The notes under the pieces were generated by a model, which was not told where the DNA came from, made no database searches, and saw only the letters and a program-made list of their open reading frames with translations. A DNA stretch of 64,000 bases, taken from Octopus sinensis. Taxonomy: Eukaryota. The position numbers were made by a program, and so were the translations under genes. Location: the NCBI RefSeq assembly GCF_006345805.1, contig NC_043006.1, positions 32,550,001 through 32,614,000 on the forward strand, given 5' to 3'. Numbering within the stretch: the first letter of the stretch is position 1; the number at the start of each line of letters is the position of its first letter. Positions 27,108 through 37,008 of the stretch are shown here, in pieces.

Positions 27108-27325
27108 TGGGTAAAAAAAAAACTTAGCGTGCTCTACAAAGAGCTAGATCGTTAGCCACTACACATTTCTTTCTCTCCTTGTTTTTTCTGTGTCCCTTTC
27201 TGTAGAAGAGCGTAAGCTCGAAATGTAAAAGACTTTTTCTATTCCTGAACGTTATACTAATACATCTGTTTGTTTTGTACATCACCTGTCTACGTCTTTT
27301 GTTTTTTTCGTAAACTCTCCCTATA
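27001..27325 (+). mobile_element. Penelope-like pLTR remnant with an inverted partial copy across a (TA)n array
   Basis: Arms 27001-27046 and 27100-27145 are inverted repeats; variant hammerhead-like motif ctttCTGTAGAagagcgtaagctcGAAAtgtaaaag at 27196-27231. Confidence 0.65.
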
Positions 27326-27340
27326 TATATATATATATAT

Positions 27341-27596
27341 AAAATATTATTGGTGAATTGAAGAAATGGAGCTGAACGCAGATTGAACAGAAATCGTTTT
27401 ATTTCATTCTACACGTGTTTCGAAAGGCACAATTTACCAAAATCCGATTGAATAATGGGACCATATTGTGTCTTTCTCTCATTATTCAATCGGATTTTGG
27501 TAAATTGTGCCTTTCGAAACACGTGTAGAATGAAATAAAACGATTTCTGTTCAATCTGCGTTCAGCTTCATTTCTTCAATTCACCAATAATATTTT
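27341..27596. repeat. Long palindrome (117-bp arms, 22-nt spacer), Penelope-like fold-back end
   Basis: 27341-27457 is the reverse complement of 27480-27596 with one mismatch; contains cGAAACACGTGTAga. Confidence 0.9.
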
Positions 27597-27744
27597 AATT
27601 TCAATTATCCGCACCAACGCACGGTTGCAACACCATATGGTTGTACCTCCAACCGTGCTGTTTACTGCTGTGATTTTTGCTACCAAGGTATCGGTTAAAC
27701 TTTTGATTAATCTACTACAAGATTATTCATCTTTCTATTTCACA

Positions 27745-27830
<86 letters not shown>

Positions 27831-28141
27831 ATATGAGGAGCAGCACAAAACAAATCAATGCAGAGCAGACTTCAACGTGACGTGTTGGAGATCTTTGCAT
27901 CGTGGTAACACGTGCTGAGTAAAGTGTGGCTAAGATGCCAGGCCAGAGACCGGTCCACGTGAATCCAAATACTAGAAAATGTATCGCTGGATGCTATATA
28001 AGTATATTGAATGAATTTTCTGACCCGTTAGCTCGCATAGCGTTGACTTCTGTAGTTAATATCAGTGTTATTTTTTCGGTGGATTAAATAAGAGATTTGA
28101 TTGTTATTTCCAGCAGCTAGATATAATCAGTATGTTCTTTA

Positions 28142-28202
<61 letters not shown>

Positions 28203-28204
<2 letters not shown>

Positions 28205-30068
28205 CCTTAAATCCTTAAATCCTTAAAAATGTTTTAGCCCGAAGGCCGCGGCCATGCTGGGGCACCACTGCTCAATGAGCTACACTAATTTGTGAATCCA
28301 CCTCTGATACGTGGCACTTGATCAACAAGGGAGTTCGATGCTGCTGCACGCATCCGCGTCTCCTGTTGTGAGGTAGGTTCATCTGGGACTCCCAACAAGA
28401 AGAGATCCAGTTTAGTTTTAAAGAAACCCACATCCACACCATGTAAGTCTCTCAGGCATTTAGGGAGGATGTTAAAGAACTGTGGTCCTCTGAAACCCAA
28501 GCTGTTGCAGTATCTGGACCTGTATTTTGATGGTGATGTTGGAATCCTTGGCACCACGCAGTGGCGCCCCGTTCTGCGGTTGGGGTAACTTTGAATGCCA
28601 AAGTTTGGGACAAGACCCTCCAGGATTTTCCAGATGTATATCACCGCATATCTCTCCCGCCTCCGCTCTAGGGAGAAGAGGTTTAATACCTTCAGTCTTT
28701 CCCAGTAGCTGATATTTTGCATTGAGACGATTTTCTTTGTGTAGCTTCTCTGAATTGCTTCGAGTTCTGCTGTTAGTTTTATATTGTGTGGTGACCACAG
28801 TTGGGAGCAGTAGTCCAAGCGGCTGAGGACGAATGTTTTCCATAGGACCATCAGTGTCTCCTTCTCTCTTGTTCTGAAAGTTCGGAGAATCCATCCAGCT
28901 AGCCGTCTGCATTTTATCACCAGATTAGCAATATGCACTTGGAAAGATGCATCATTGCTCATGTCAATGCCCAGGTCACGCACTGATTTTGACTCAGGGA
29001 TTGCAATTCTTCCTGGGCCAGTGTATCCAGTCTTCACGTCGTTTACCTTTGTGTGCCAGTAGCGCAGGGCCTGGAACTTACCTGCATTAAACTGCATGTT
29101 GTTGTCCTCAGCCCACCTGTATATTGTGTCCAGCTCATGTTGCAGATGCGCAATATTTTCAGGGTTTTGTATTGCGTGGGAGACTTTTGTGTCATCTGCA
29201 TAGCTATCAAGGGTGGTCATCGTAGCAACTGAAGGCATGTCTGAAAGGGTCACTATGAACATCAGTGGCCCCAAGACAGTGCCCTGTGGGACACCGCTTG
29301 TTATTTGCGTTTCTTTGGAGGTGGCTCCATTGCTCACAACTGCCTGTTTTCTGTCTTTTAGGAAGTTGTGCAGCCACTCTCCAAGTTTTCCGCCTATGCC
29401 GAGACCACGCAGTTTGTGACAGATCATATCATGGTCGACTTTATCAAAGGCTTTTGCAAGGTCGAGATATATTACATCCACATTTGAGCCATTTAGTAGC
29501 TGTTTCAACACCCAGTCGTAGTGTTGCAGGAGCTGTGTTAGGTAGCCTCTACCTGGTCGAAATCCATGCTGGGTGTCAGACAGCAAGTCATTTTCTTCAA
29601 GGAACATGATTAGTTTCTTACAGACTATTCGTTCCATGACTTTGCTGATGTGTGAGGTCAGAGAGATAGGCCTATAATTTTTAGCATCTGCTCTGCTACC
29701 TTCCTTATGGATAGGGCATATTACCCCCTCTTTCAATTTGACTGGGAGCTTACCACTTGCAAGAAAGCTCTGAAAAAGAAGCTGTAGCGGTTTTGCAAGG
29801 GCTCGTTTGCACGATTTGAGAAGGATCGCTGGGAATCCATCAGGTCCAGCAGCTGAGTTTGTGTCAATCTCACCTATGGCTAGTGTGATATCATCATCTT
29901 CGATGTTGATGTACTCAATTGTTGCCTCTTTGGCCGCAGGTAAAGTGGCAAAGAATTCTTCTGGGTTGTTTACTTGCCTGTGTCCTAGAGGTGTAGTGAA
30001 CACACTTTGGAACTGTTCGTTCAGTATTTCACTTATCCTCGTGGATTTCCTGTGAGAGAGCCATCTTT
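28203..30068 (-). mobile_element. 5'-truncated CR1/Jockey-group LINE inserted in (TA)n
   Basis: RT ORF plus a short 3'UTR ending in three tandem 8-bp (TTTAAGGA) units at 28203-28227; (TA)n on both sides; upstream frame IKDGSLTGNP/ISEILNEQFQSVF broken by a 1-bp frameshift near 30040. Confidence 0.9.
28285..30003 (-). CDS. LINE ORF2 reverse transcriptase (C-terminal 572 aa, no internal stops; lacks the APE domain)
   Basis: Motifs AAGPDG, NYRPISLTSHISKVMERIV, QHGFRPGR, DLAKAFDKVDH, GVPQGTVLGP, YADD, FNAGK and VLSRLDYCSQLWSP. Confidence 0.92.
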   Translation of the reverse strand: MFTTPLGHRQVNNPEEFFATLPAAKEATIEYINIEDDDITLAIGEIDTNSAAGPDGFPAILLKSCKRALAKPLQLLFQSFLASGKLPVKLKEGVICPIHKEGSRADAKNYRPISLTSHISKVMERIVCKKLIMFLEENDLLSDTQHGFRPGRGYLTQLLQHYDWVLKQLLNGSNVDVIYLDLAKAFDKVDHDMICHKLRGLGIGGKLGEWLHNFLKDRKQAVVSNGATSKETQITSGVPQGTVLGPLMFIVTLSDMPSVATMTTLDSYADDTKVSHAIQNPENIAHLQHELDTIYRWAEDNNMQFNAGKFQALRYWHTKVNDVKTGYTGPGRIAIPESKSVRDLGIDMSNDASFQVHIANLVIKCRRLAGWILRTFRTREKETLMVLWKTFVLSRLDYCSQLWSPHNIKLTAELEAIQRSYTKKIVSMQNISYWERLKVLNLFSLERRRERYAVIYIWKILEGLVPNFGIQSYPNRRTGRHCVVPRIPTSPSKYRSRYCNSLGFRGPQFFNILPKCLRDLHGVDVGFFKTKLDLFLLGVPDEPTSQQETRMRAAASNSLVDQVPRIRGGFTN

Positions 30069-30073
30069 TATAT

Positions 30074-30126
<53 letters not shown>

Positions 30127-31537
30127 AATTTAGATTCTGTAGGGCATACAATACCATTTGCTAAAATCAGAACCGATGTTCCAAAGACCACCATAAACTC
30201 ACGATAAATATACACACCAAACAGTTTGGTGAAACGAAAAAGGGACAAGAAAATATCCAGACAGACGATACAAGGAAAACAAGGACGGATCATTCGGAGT
30301 TTTCTATCCTTAGTTGTGTTCCAGATTATCTTTGCAATTTCGTAAATGAATGTATGCATATATACATTGATTATATCATAATCAATTGCTTAACACCATC
30401 GTTCATAATTTAGAGAATGATGGATGAAATTTATTTTGATATTTTTAAGTTGCTAAGAGGTGCATGCATCTGCGTGTTATTCATATTGTCATAAATGAGT
30501 GAGCGATTGTATAATCAATGAGTTTGCAAATGTGAATATACACAGCGTAGATGGTGTGTTAGAACAGACAATGCTGCGTTATTTACCAATGGAAAATAAA
30601 AACAACATAGGAAGAACGAAGTTCCACTAAAATGGTTTTAGCCTAACGCTATTCGGGAAGAAGAAATTGGCTTGACTTCTTTGACAGATGTAAGTAGAAA
30701 AGAGGGATCGTGAATGAGAAATAGTAACAACAAAATAAAAAAAAATTAGGTAGGGAAGAAGCGCAGAGGAGGAAGCGATAAGGCTTGTAGGTAGAGAGAA
30801 GTGAGGCCTGGGAGGTGGGTTCAGACTGCTGCTGTGGTGTTGACGTGGAGAAGGGAGTGTAATTTGTGTGATTTGATTGAAAGTGATTAAACGGAAAATT
30901 AGACAATTGAGAGGTGGATGAAAGAATGATGGAGTGATGATGGAGGGAATAGATTCTGTGAAGGTGTAAGCAGATGGTGGAAGGAAAACTGAGTTGGAAA
31001 ACATGAGGAATGAGATGAAGGGGGGCGTGAAAGGGGACAAGGAAATCAACCTGGTTTGAGTAACCTGCTGTGGATGGGAGAAGTTGTACGGGATGAGAAC
31101 ATGTTTGGAAGTGGAAAATACCGAGAGGGACGAAATGAAAGTATAGGGGATAGGAGAGGGTACGGAGATTAGGCATTTTAGGGTGGAAATGGGATGAGAT
31201 GCAGAGGAGGGAAAAATCAATGTAATAAAGAAAAAGAATAGGGTGCAAAAGATAAAGCAGCAGAAATAATGTTCAATAATGGAAGCACGGAAACGGGAAA
31301 ATATGAGGGAGAGAAATAAAACTATATTACTAAAAAAGGGAGGAAAAGCAGAGAAAACTGTAGATATAATGAGGGAGTTAAAAGGCAGCACAAAGTGTAC
31401 TAAATGGATTGAAAAAATATTTCAGACAATATCTAACGTAGACTAAGGTAAGTTAAATCTATAAAAAGAGGAGGAAGACCTGGTCTATATTATAGAGCCA
31501 ATATTGTAAACCACGTTAATGATTATAATAAGGATAT

Positions 31538-31754
31538 AATCCTTTTTGCTGTAGGCACAATACCTGAAATTTTGGTGGAGAGGTAAGTCGAATACATTGA
31601 TCGCAGTACTCAACTGGTACTTAATTTATCGACCCCGAAAGGATGAAAGGCAAAGTCGTCCTCGGCGGAATTTGAACTCAGAGCGTAGCGGCAGACGAAA
31701 CACTGCTAAGGATTTCGCCCGGCATGCTAACAGTTCTGCCAGCTCGCCGCCTTG
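31538..31754 (-). mobile_element. tRNA-derived SINE, 'aaggcggcgagctggcagaa' family
   Basis: High similarity to 11450-11668. Confidence 0.8.
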
Positions 31755-31974
31755 TATTAAGGGTAAAATAAAAATAATATTAATGAGAGTAGTGACTTAC
31801 ATATTTAAATTATCACAGTGTCTTTGATAATAATTATAATGCTAATAATGATTGTGATGATAGTGATGTGTTGGGACTGATAATGCTGCCTTGTATAAGG
31901 ATGTTGAGGACATATCCAATGCATCGTTCGTAAGACTTGAAACTGAAGAATAGCTATTAGTTACTACTGCCTAC

Positions 31975-32290
31975 ACTTTGTTGTTGTGCATAAATGTATA
32001 CTTACCACAACACACTGCAACTCCATCATAAATTGCATTGGATCCAAGTTCAACTGTAAACGCCGATACGTCGCCCATATCAGCACCTTCACGATCCCTT
32101 AATGGATTTTATTTACATCCTTGGCAACCTACATCCACCTCATTAACGCTAACGTTATACCTTATGACACCTTCTTGCGCATCGTTAGTAATGGAATATC
32201 GTACCTGGTAAGACGCTTAGCACGTAATGTTTGCTGCTGAGAAACTCTAGAAATATTATCTTAGAATGAAGACTTTTACCTTAATAATCT
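31975..32290 (+). pseudogene. Penelope-like GIY-YIG endonuclease remnant
   Basis: VVHKCILTTTHCNSIINCIGSKFNCKRRYVAHISTFTIP*..TSLATYIHLINANVIPY...RNVCC*ETLEIL resembles the PLE pattern VVY...YIG...FK.RY..H..SF...TSL..YI...LC..E...I. Confidence 0.65.
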
Positions 32291-33390
32291 CTGTAACGCA
32301 ATTACTTCATACTGTCACTGCTATTACAAAATTTTTTCATATTACCATAAAACCTTACACTGTAACGGAACTAGATGAGTCGTTACATTCAACTGTTCAC
32401 CACTCAGATGTCCTTCTGCTTCCCCTATAAAATTTATTGTCAACCGAACATCAATGCAGAGTTTTCTTACCTTATGTCAGTCCGAAGTATTCATAGCAAT
32501 CGCGTAAGCGCGCATTTCCATACATACACACGTCTATATACGCACATACACAAGAAGAAAAAAACAGGGCAGAAGTGAAAATACCGAATGTGTAAAAAGT
32601 ATTAAAAAATAAGCAATAATAATAAAAAGTAGAGGAGTAAATATGCTCACGGCGAACGCGTATGCGCGCATGTGCATACATACATATGCGCGCACGCACA
32701 CCCACATATATGTGCCTATGTGCATATGCTCGTCCACACTCGCTTGAAGCACACATATGCGCACCCACACATTCACCAAAAAAATTTATACATACACGCA
32801 CACACGCGCGCGGAAAAAACAAGGTTCATAAACACGTCTATATACGCACATACTCGCATGCAGGCACACATCCACAAGCGCGCACAAAAACGCCATTTAC
32901 AAAGATGATGTCCTAGCTTTAACCGCAAATACCAATGGTCCATTTATTCATTTATTTTTTTATTCTTATTGCTTATTTTTTACACTTTTTTAACACATTT
33001 TTCTCTATTTTGCCTTTAGCCCTGTTTTTTTTCTTGCGCCTGTGCGTATAGAGACGTGTGCATGAACCTTTTATGTGCATGTGTGTGTGTGTGTGTGTGT
33101 GCGAGCGTGCATGCAGGTATGTATATATTTTTTGACGACTGTGTGAGTGAGCATGTGTGTGTTTCAAGTGAGGGTGCATGAGTATATACATATAGGCACA
33201 TGTACTTGGGTGTGCGGGTGTGCATGTGTATGTATGGACATGCGCGCTTACACGATTGCTATAAACATTTTAACTCCCTTACCTTTATTCCCTTTCCTTA
33301 CTTAGCGGTCATTCTAATAACTTTTATGTCTTAATAACGGTAATTTCCCTTTGTTTAACTGTCATTTTCATAGCATTTTTTTGATGGCCC

Positions 33391-33451
33391 GATAACTGAA
33401 GAGATGCCGGCGTGGATTTCCGCCTCGACATCCGAAATTCGGAGTTTTATC
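33391..33451 (+). ncRNA. Type I hammerhead ribozyme-like motif in a PLE terminal repeat
   Basis: gataa CTGAAGA gatg-c-cggcg(tggatttc)cgcc-tcga-catc c GAAA ttcggag T T ttatc: stem I gataa/ttatc, extended stem II, near-palindromic stem III; U at position 17. Confidence 0.55.
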
Positions 33452-33535
33452 ATGGCTACCGAATAAGTGTCACATATTATATTTACAGATAAAATTCTTC
33501 TGTTTACATTATATCGAGGTCTCTTTCATTTCTAT

Positions 33536-33588
<53 letters not shown>

Positions 33589-34166
33589 CACAGACATGCA
33601 GGTAGTAGACACCTTTAATTTTCAAAATTTCTGATATAAGCGTCTTAATATGTTTTCATCATTGTGAAATTTACAATATAATTATTCTTTTTCATTCCAG
33701 TTGCCATTATATTAAATATTTGCGAAGACTAACTATGCCGCGCACAAAAAAAAAAAAAAGCAGAACTGTCAGATGTTCAAAGAGGTCGTATTGTTGGTCA
33801 ATCTGAGGCTGGTCTTAGCCAGCGAAAAATTGCCGAAAATCTTCAAATGCCTCTTACTACTGTTAATAGAATTATAGTGCAATTAAAAAGTCAGGGCAAA
33901 GAATCAACATATTCTTGTCCCAGCCGACCGAGGCACTCGGAAAAAGGGCTTCACTGTTTGAAGAGATTTGTCAAAAACGAACCCCGTTCGAAGGCCTCTT
34001 GCATTGCAAAACAGCTAGAAGTTAGTCCAAGAACGTGTGATACATATCTGCATAAGCTTGGGTATTATGGATGAGCAGCTAGAAGAAAACCTCTGCTTCA
34101 ACCAATTAATATCAAATAAAAGATTTTGAAAATTAAAGGTGTCTATTTACTTCCTGCATGCCTGTG
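33589..34166 (+). mobile_element. Internally deleted Tc1 element with both TIRs and TA TSD
   Basis: TA|cacagacatgcaggtagtagacacctttaattttcaaaat ... attttgaaaattaaaggtgtctatttacttcctgcatgcctgtg|TA; encodes the HTH region [39 protein letters not shown]...[16 protein letters not shown]. Confidence 0.85.
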
Positions 34167-34336
34167 TATACACGCACATGCAAACATATATTTGTACGCG
34201 CGCGCGCATATACGTGTACAGGAGTAATCCTGATGCTCTGTCGTCATATTAATTTTGTATAAAGTCTAAAGCGATTTCTGAGTAATCACTTTTATCTCCA
34301 TTTTGCGTATTTTTCTCTCTCTTTCTCTCTCCCCCC

Positions 34337-34367
<31 letters not shown>

Positions 34368-34539
34368 AATATATGTATATATATATAATATATATATATA
34401 CATACTTACATATATATATATATAATTATATATATATATAATTATAAAATATTATTAGAGACAAAACCACTATTTTGCAAAACAAACAAGGAAAGACTTA
34501 ATCAATACATAAAATTTTAATAAATAGTCAAAAAAACCG

Positions 34540-34582
34540 CCACTACAATCGTTTCTTGTCTTGATCGACAATCTTCAGGTGG
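34540..34582 (-). ncRNA. Minimal type I hammerhead ribozyme (left palindrome arm)
   Basis: Exact reverse complement of 34643-34685. Confidence 0.75.
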
Positions 34583-34642
34583 ACTTCCAATAATTCAGTG
34601 TCAAATTATGACTTCATAATTTGACACTGAATTATTGGAAGT

Positions 34643-34685
34643 CCACCTGAAGATTGTCGATCAAGACAAGAAACGATTGTAGTGG
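34643..34685 (+). ncRNA. Minimal type I hammerhead ribozyme (right palindrome arm)
   Basis: CCAC-CUGAAGA-UUGUC(GAUCAA)GACAA-GAAA-C(GAUU)G-U-A-GUGG: core CUGANGA/GAAA/GUA intact, stems I and II perfect; predicted cleavage after 34681. Confidence 0.78.
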
Positions 34686-34873
34686 CGGTTTTTCTGACTA
34701 TTTATTAAAATTTTATGTATTGATTAAGTCTTTCCTTGTTTGTTTTGCAAAATAGTGGTTTTGTCTCTAATAATATTTTATAATATTTTACTATAAAATC
34801 GATTTAATCCTAAATCTGATTTTTTTCCCTGTAAATTTGGATTTATTCCCTAATATTTATTATTATATATATA

Positions 34874-34917
<44 letters not shown>

Positions 34918-35869
34918 TACTCACGTATACACACACACACCATACTCACGTATACACACGTACTCACACACGCACACAAACAAACAAACAAACATACATA
35001 TGCACACCACGTACACAGCTAATATAACACTCTAGCCTGCGGGTGGAGCTTGTAGATGAAGCCAAAAGTTTTTAACAGTGGGAAGTTAGTTTACTGATAA
35101 GGACGGAATCACTTTTGGGGGAAAGGAGTAACCAGGAATAAAATGTGTGAATGAATGCGTGTTCGTGGACTTGCGTGTGCGCTGATAAATGTCAATGATT
35201 TTGCCTGAGAAAAAAAAAGGTGTAAAGAGTTGCTGATAAACGAAATTGATATATACGTTCTTATCATTCCTTGGCAGGTAGATATCTAATGAATCCAAAA
35301 GGCTCATAGAAGACAACATACAGTCCCAGATATGTATAGAGGATACATTTACAAAATGGAGATATGTTTGTCCAAAATCCTTAATGTATCAATGTTTATT
35401 AAGACGTGAAATAAATGTGAAGAAAAAAAATGTAAAAGATATCGGAAATTGATACAAGCACACAAAATATACGTATACGTATATATGTATGAAGTGGAGT
35501 GAGCACACGACAACGATGGGTGGCAGAAACTGCGATATATCGATATCAATCGGTCTCTATCGTTGACATCACTTCCGGAGCGGTTTCGTTTCGCTTAACT
35601 TTAAAGTACGCTGTGTTTTTAGCACTATACGTTTTTAAAGGAATCTCCCTCTGACGAAATACCGCAGCTACCAGTGTTAACAAGGCACATACATTGAATG
35701 TGTGATATTGATAATGTTTACATTATTGAGCTGCTTCTAACATAAAAGTTGAATATATATATATATATCATCTGTTTTACTGCTTTATTCTTCTATTTTA
35801 TCCCTTATAAACTGTGAATTTTATTCTTTGTAAACAGCAAATCTACCCCGTTTAAAATTTTAATACCTT

Positions 35870-35946
35870 GTCTCTGATGACGGAATACCTAGTTTCAAGG
35901 ACATGCTAACCACCTACTTGGGTTATCCTAGAAACGGCCGTAAGAC
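35870..35946 (+). ncRNA. Type I hammerhead ribozyme with palindromic stem III
   Basis: GUCU-CUGAUGA-[cggaatacc...ggttatccta]-GAAA-CGGCCG-U-A-AGAC; stem III ACGGCCGU is a perfect palindrome; stem II imperfect with a long insert. Confidence 0.65.
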
Positions 35947-36062
35947 TTCAAATTCACCTTACAAAAATTAAATTATTTTAATTATCCTAATTAAATTATT
36001 TTAAATGACTTGAAATACTCGTTCTGCCCTGGTTTCGGTTTTTCCTCTAATATAATGTGTGT

Positions 36063-36108
<46 letters not shown>

Positions 36109-36144
36109 TGTGTCTATGTGTGTGTGCGTGCGTGTGTTTGTTAC

Positions 36145-36530
36145 TCCTCTTCCACCGCTTGACAACTGGTGGTGATGTGTTTAAACCCCCTAATGTAGCG
36201 ATTGGGCAAAGTGACCGACAGAATAAGTACTCGGCTTAAAAGAAATAACCCCTTGGGATTGATTTGCTCGACTTAAACACTTTTAGGCTATAGCCCAGTA
36301 TGACCGCAGTCCCTAGACAAATAAAAGATGAAAGATAATTTTTTTAAATATTCAGTCCACTCTGTGGGGTGGTTGGTGTAAGGAAGGGCATCGAGCCGTA
36401 AAAACCATGCCAAATCAGACACTGAAGCCTTGTGTAGTCTTCTGCCTCGCCAGCTCCTGTTAAACCATCCAACGCATGCCAGCATAGAAAGCTGACTTTA
36501 AATTACGACGACGACGATGATGATGATGAT
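36145..36530 (+). mobile_element. Two adjacent SINE 3' fragments
   Basis: 36145-36330 (ccaccgcttgacaac...cccagtatgaccgcagtc) and 36362-36530 (ggttggtgtaaggaagggcatc...catgccagcat ending in (GAC/GAT)n). Confidence 0.55.
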
Positions 36531-36959
36531 GACAATGTAGTTCCTGTTAAAAAAAAAAGCAAATTATCAGAGGCTTTCTTAAGAAATTACAGGAATGAAT
36601 TCATGAAATGGGCTACTCAAAGACCATGTTACAATCTGACGGATGGGAACGTCTAGCAACATCCCGATAGAATGTTGCAAGATAGTTAAATGGACATATC
36701 AATTACAGAACTGAAAGAGCAATGACCGAGGAATGGATAAACACGAATCAGCCAACCATTAATTCTTTAACTAAATCAATGATAATTCAGGTGAAAGTCC
36801 TAATATTAGCTAAAGGAGAGCCTACAGGATATCAAGACAAACAGCCACGTATTTTATGCTTCTTTTCAAGAAATAATTGGAAGTTACCATTTGTCTATTA
36901 CTATCCTGGTTGTAAAGTTTTACACACACACACACACACACACATAATATAATATATAT

Positions 36960-37004
<45 letters not shown>

Positions 37005-37008
<4 letters not shown>

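Larger units (their letters stand above)
34441..34784. repeat. Near-perfect palindrome (171-bp arms, 2-nt spacer)
   Basis: 34441-34611 is the reverse complement of 34614-34784 with one mismatch; spacer CT; flanked by TA-rich microsatellite. Confidence 0.95.

Noticed and set aside
28472-30055. Alternative or antisense ORFs inside the CR1 LINE, and likewise 48014-48953 inside the RTE
   Set aside because: They are shadows of GC-richer coding sequence with no independent motifs.
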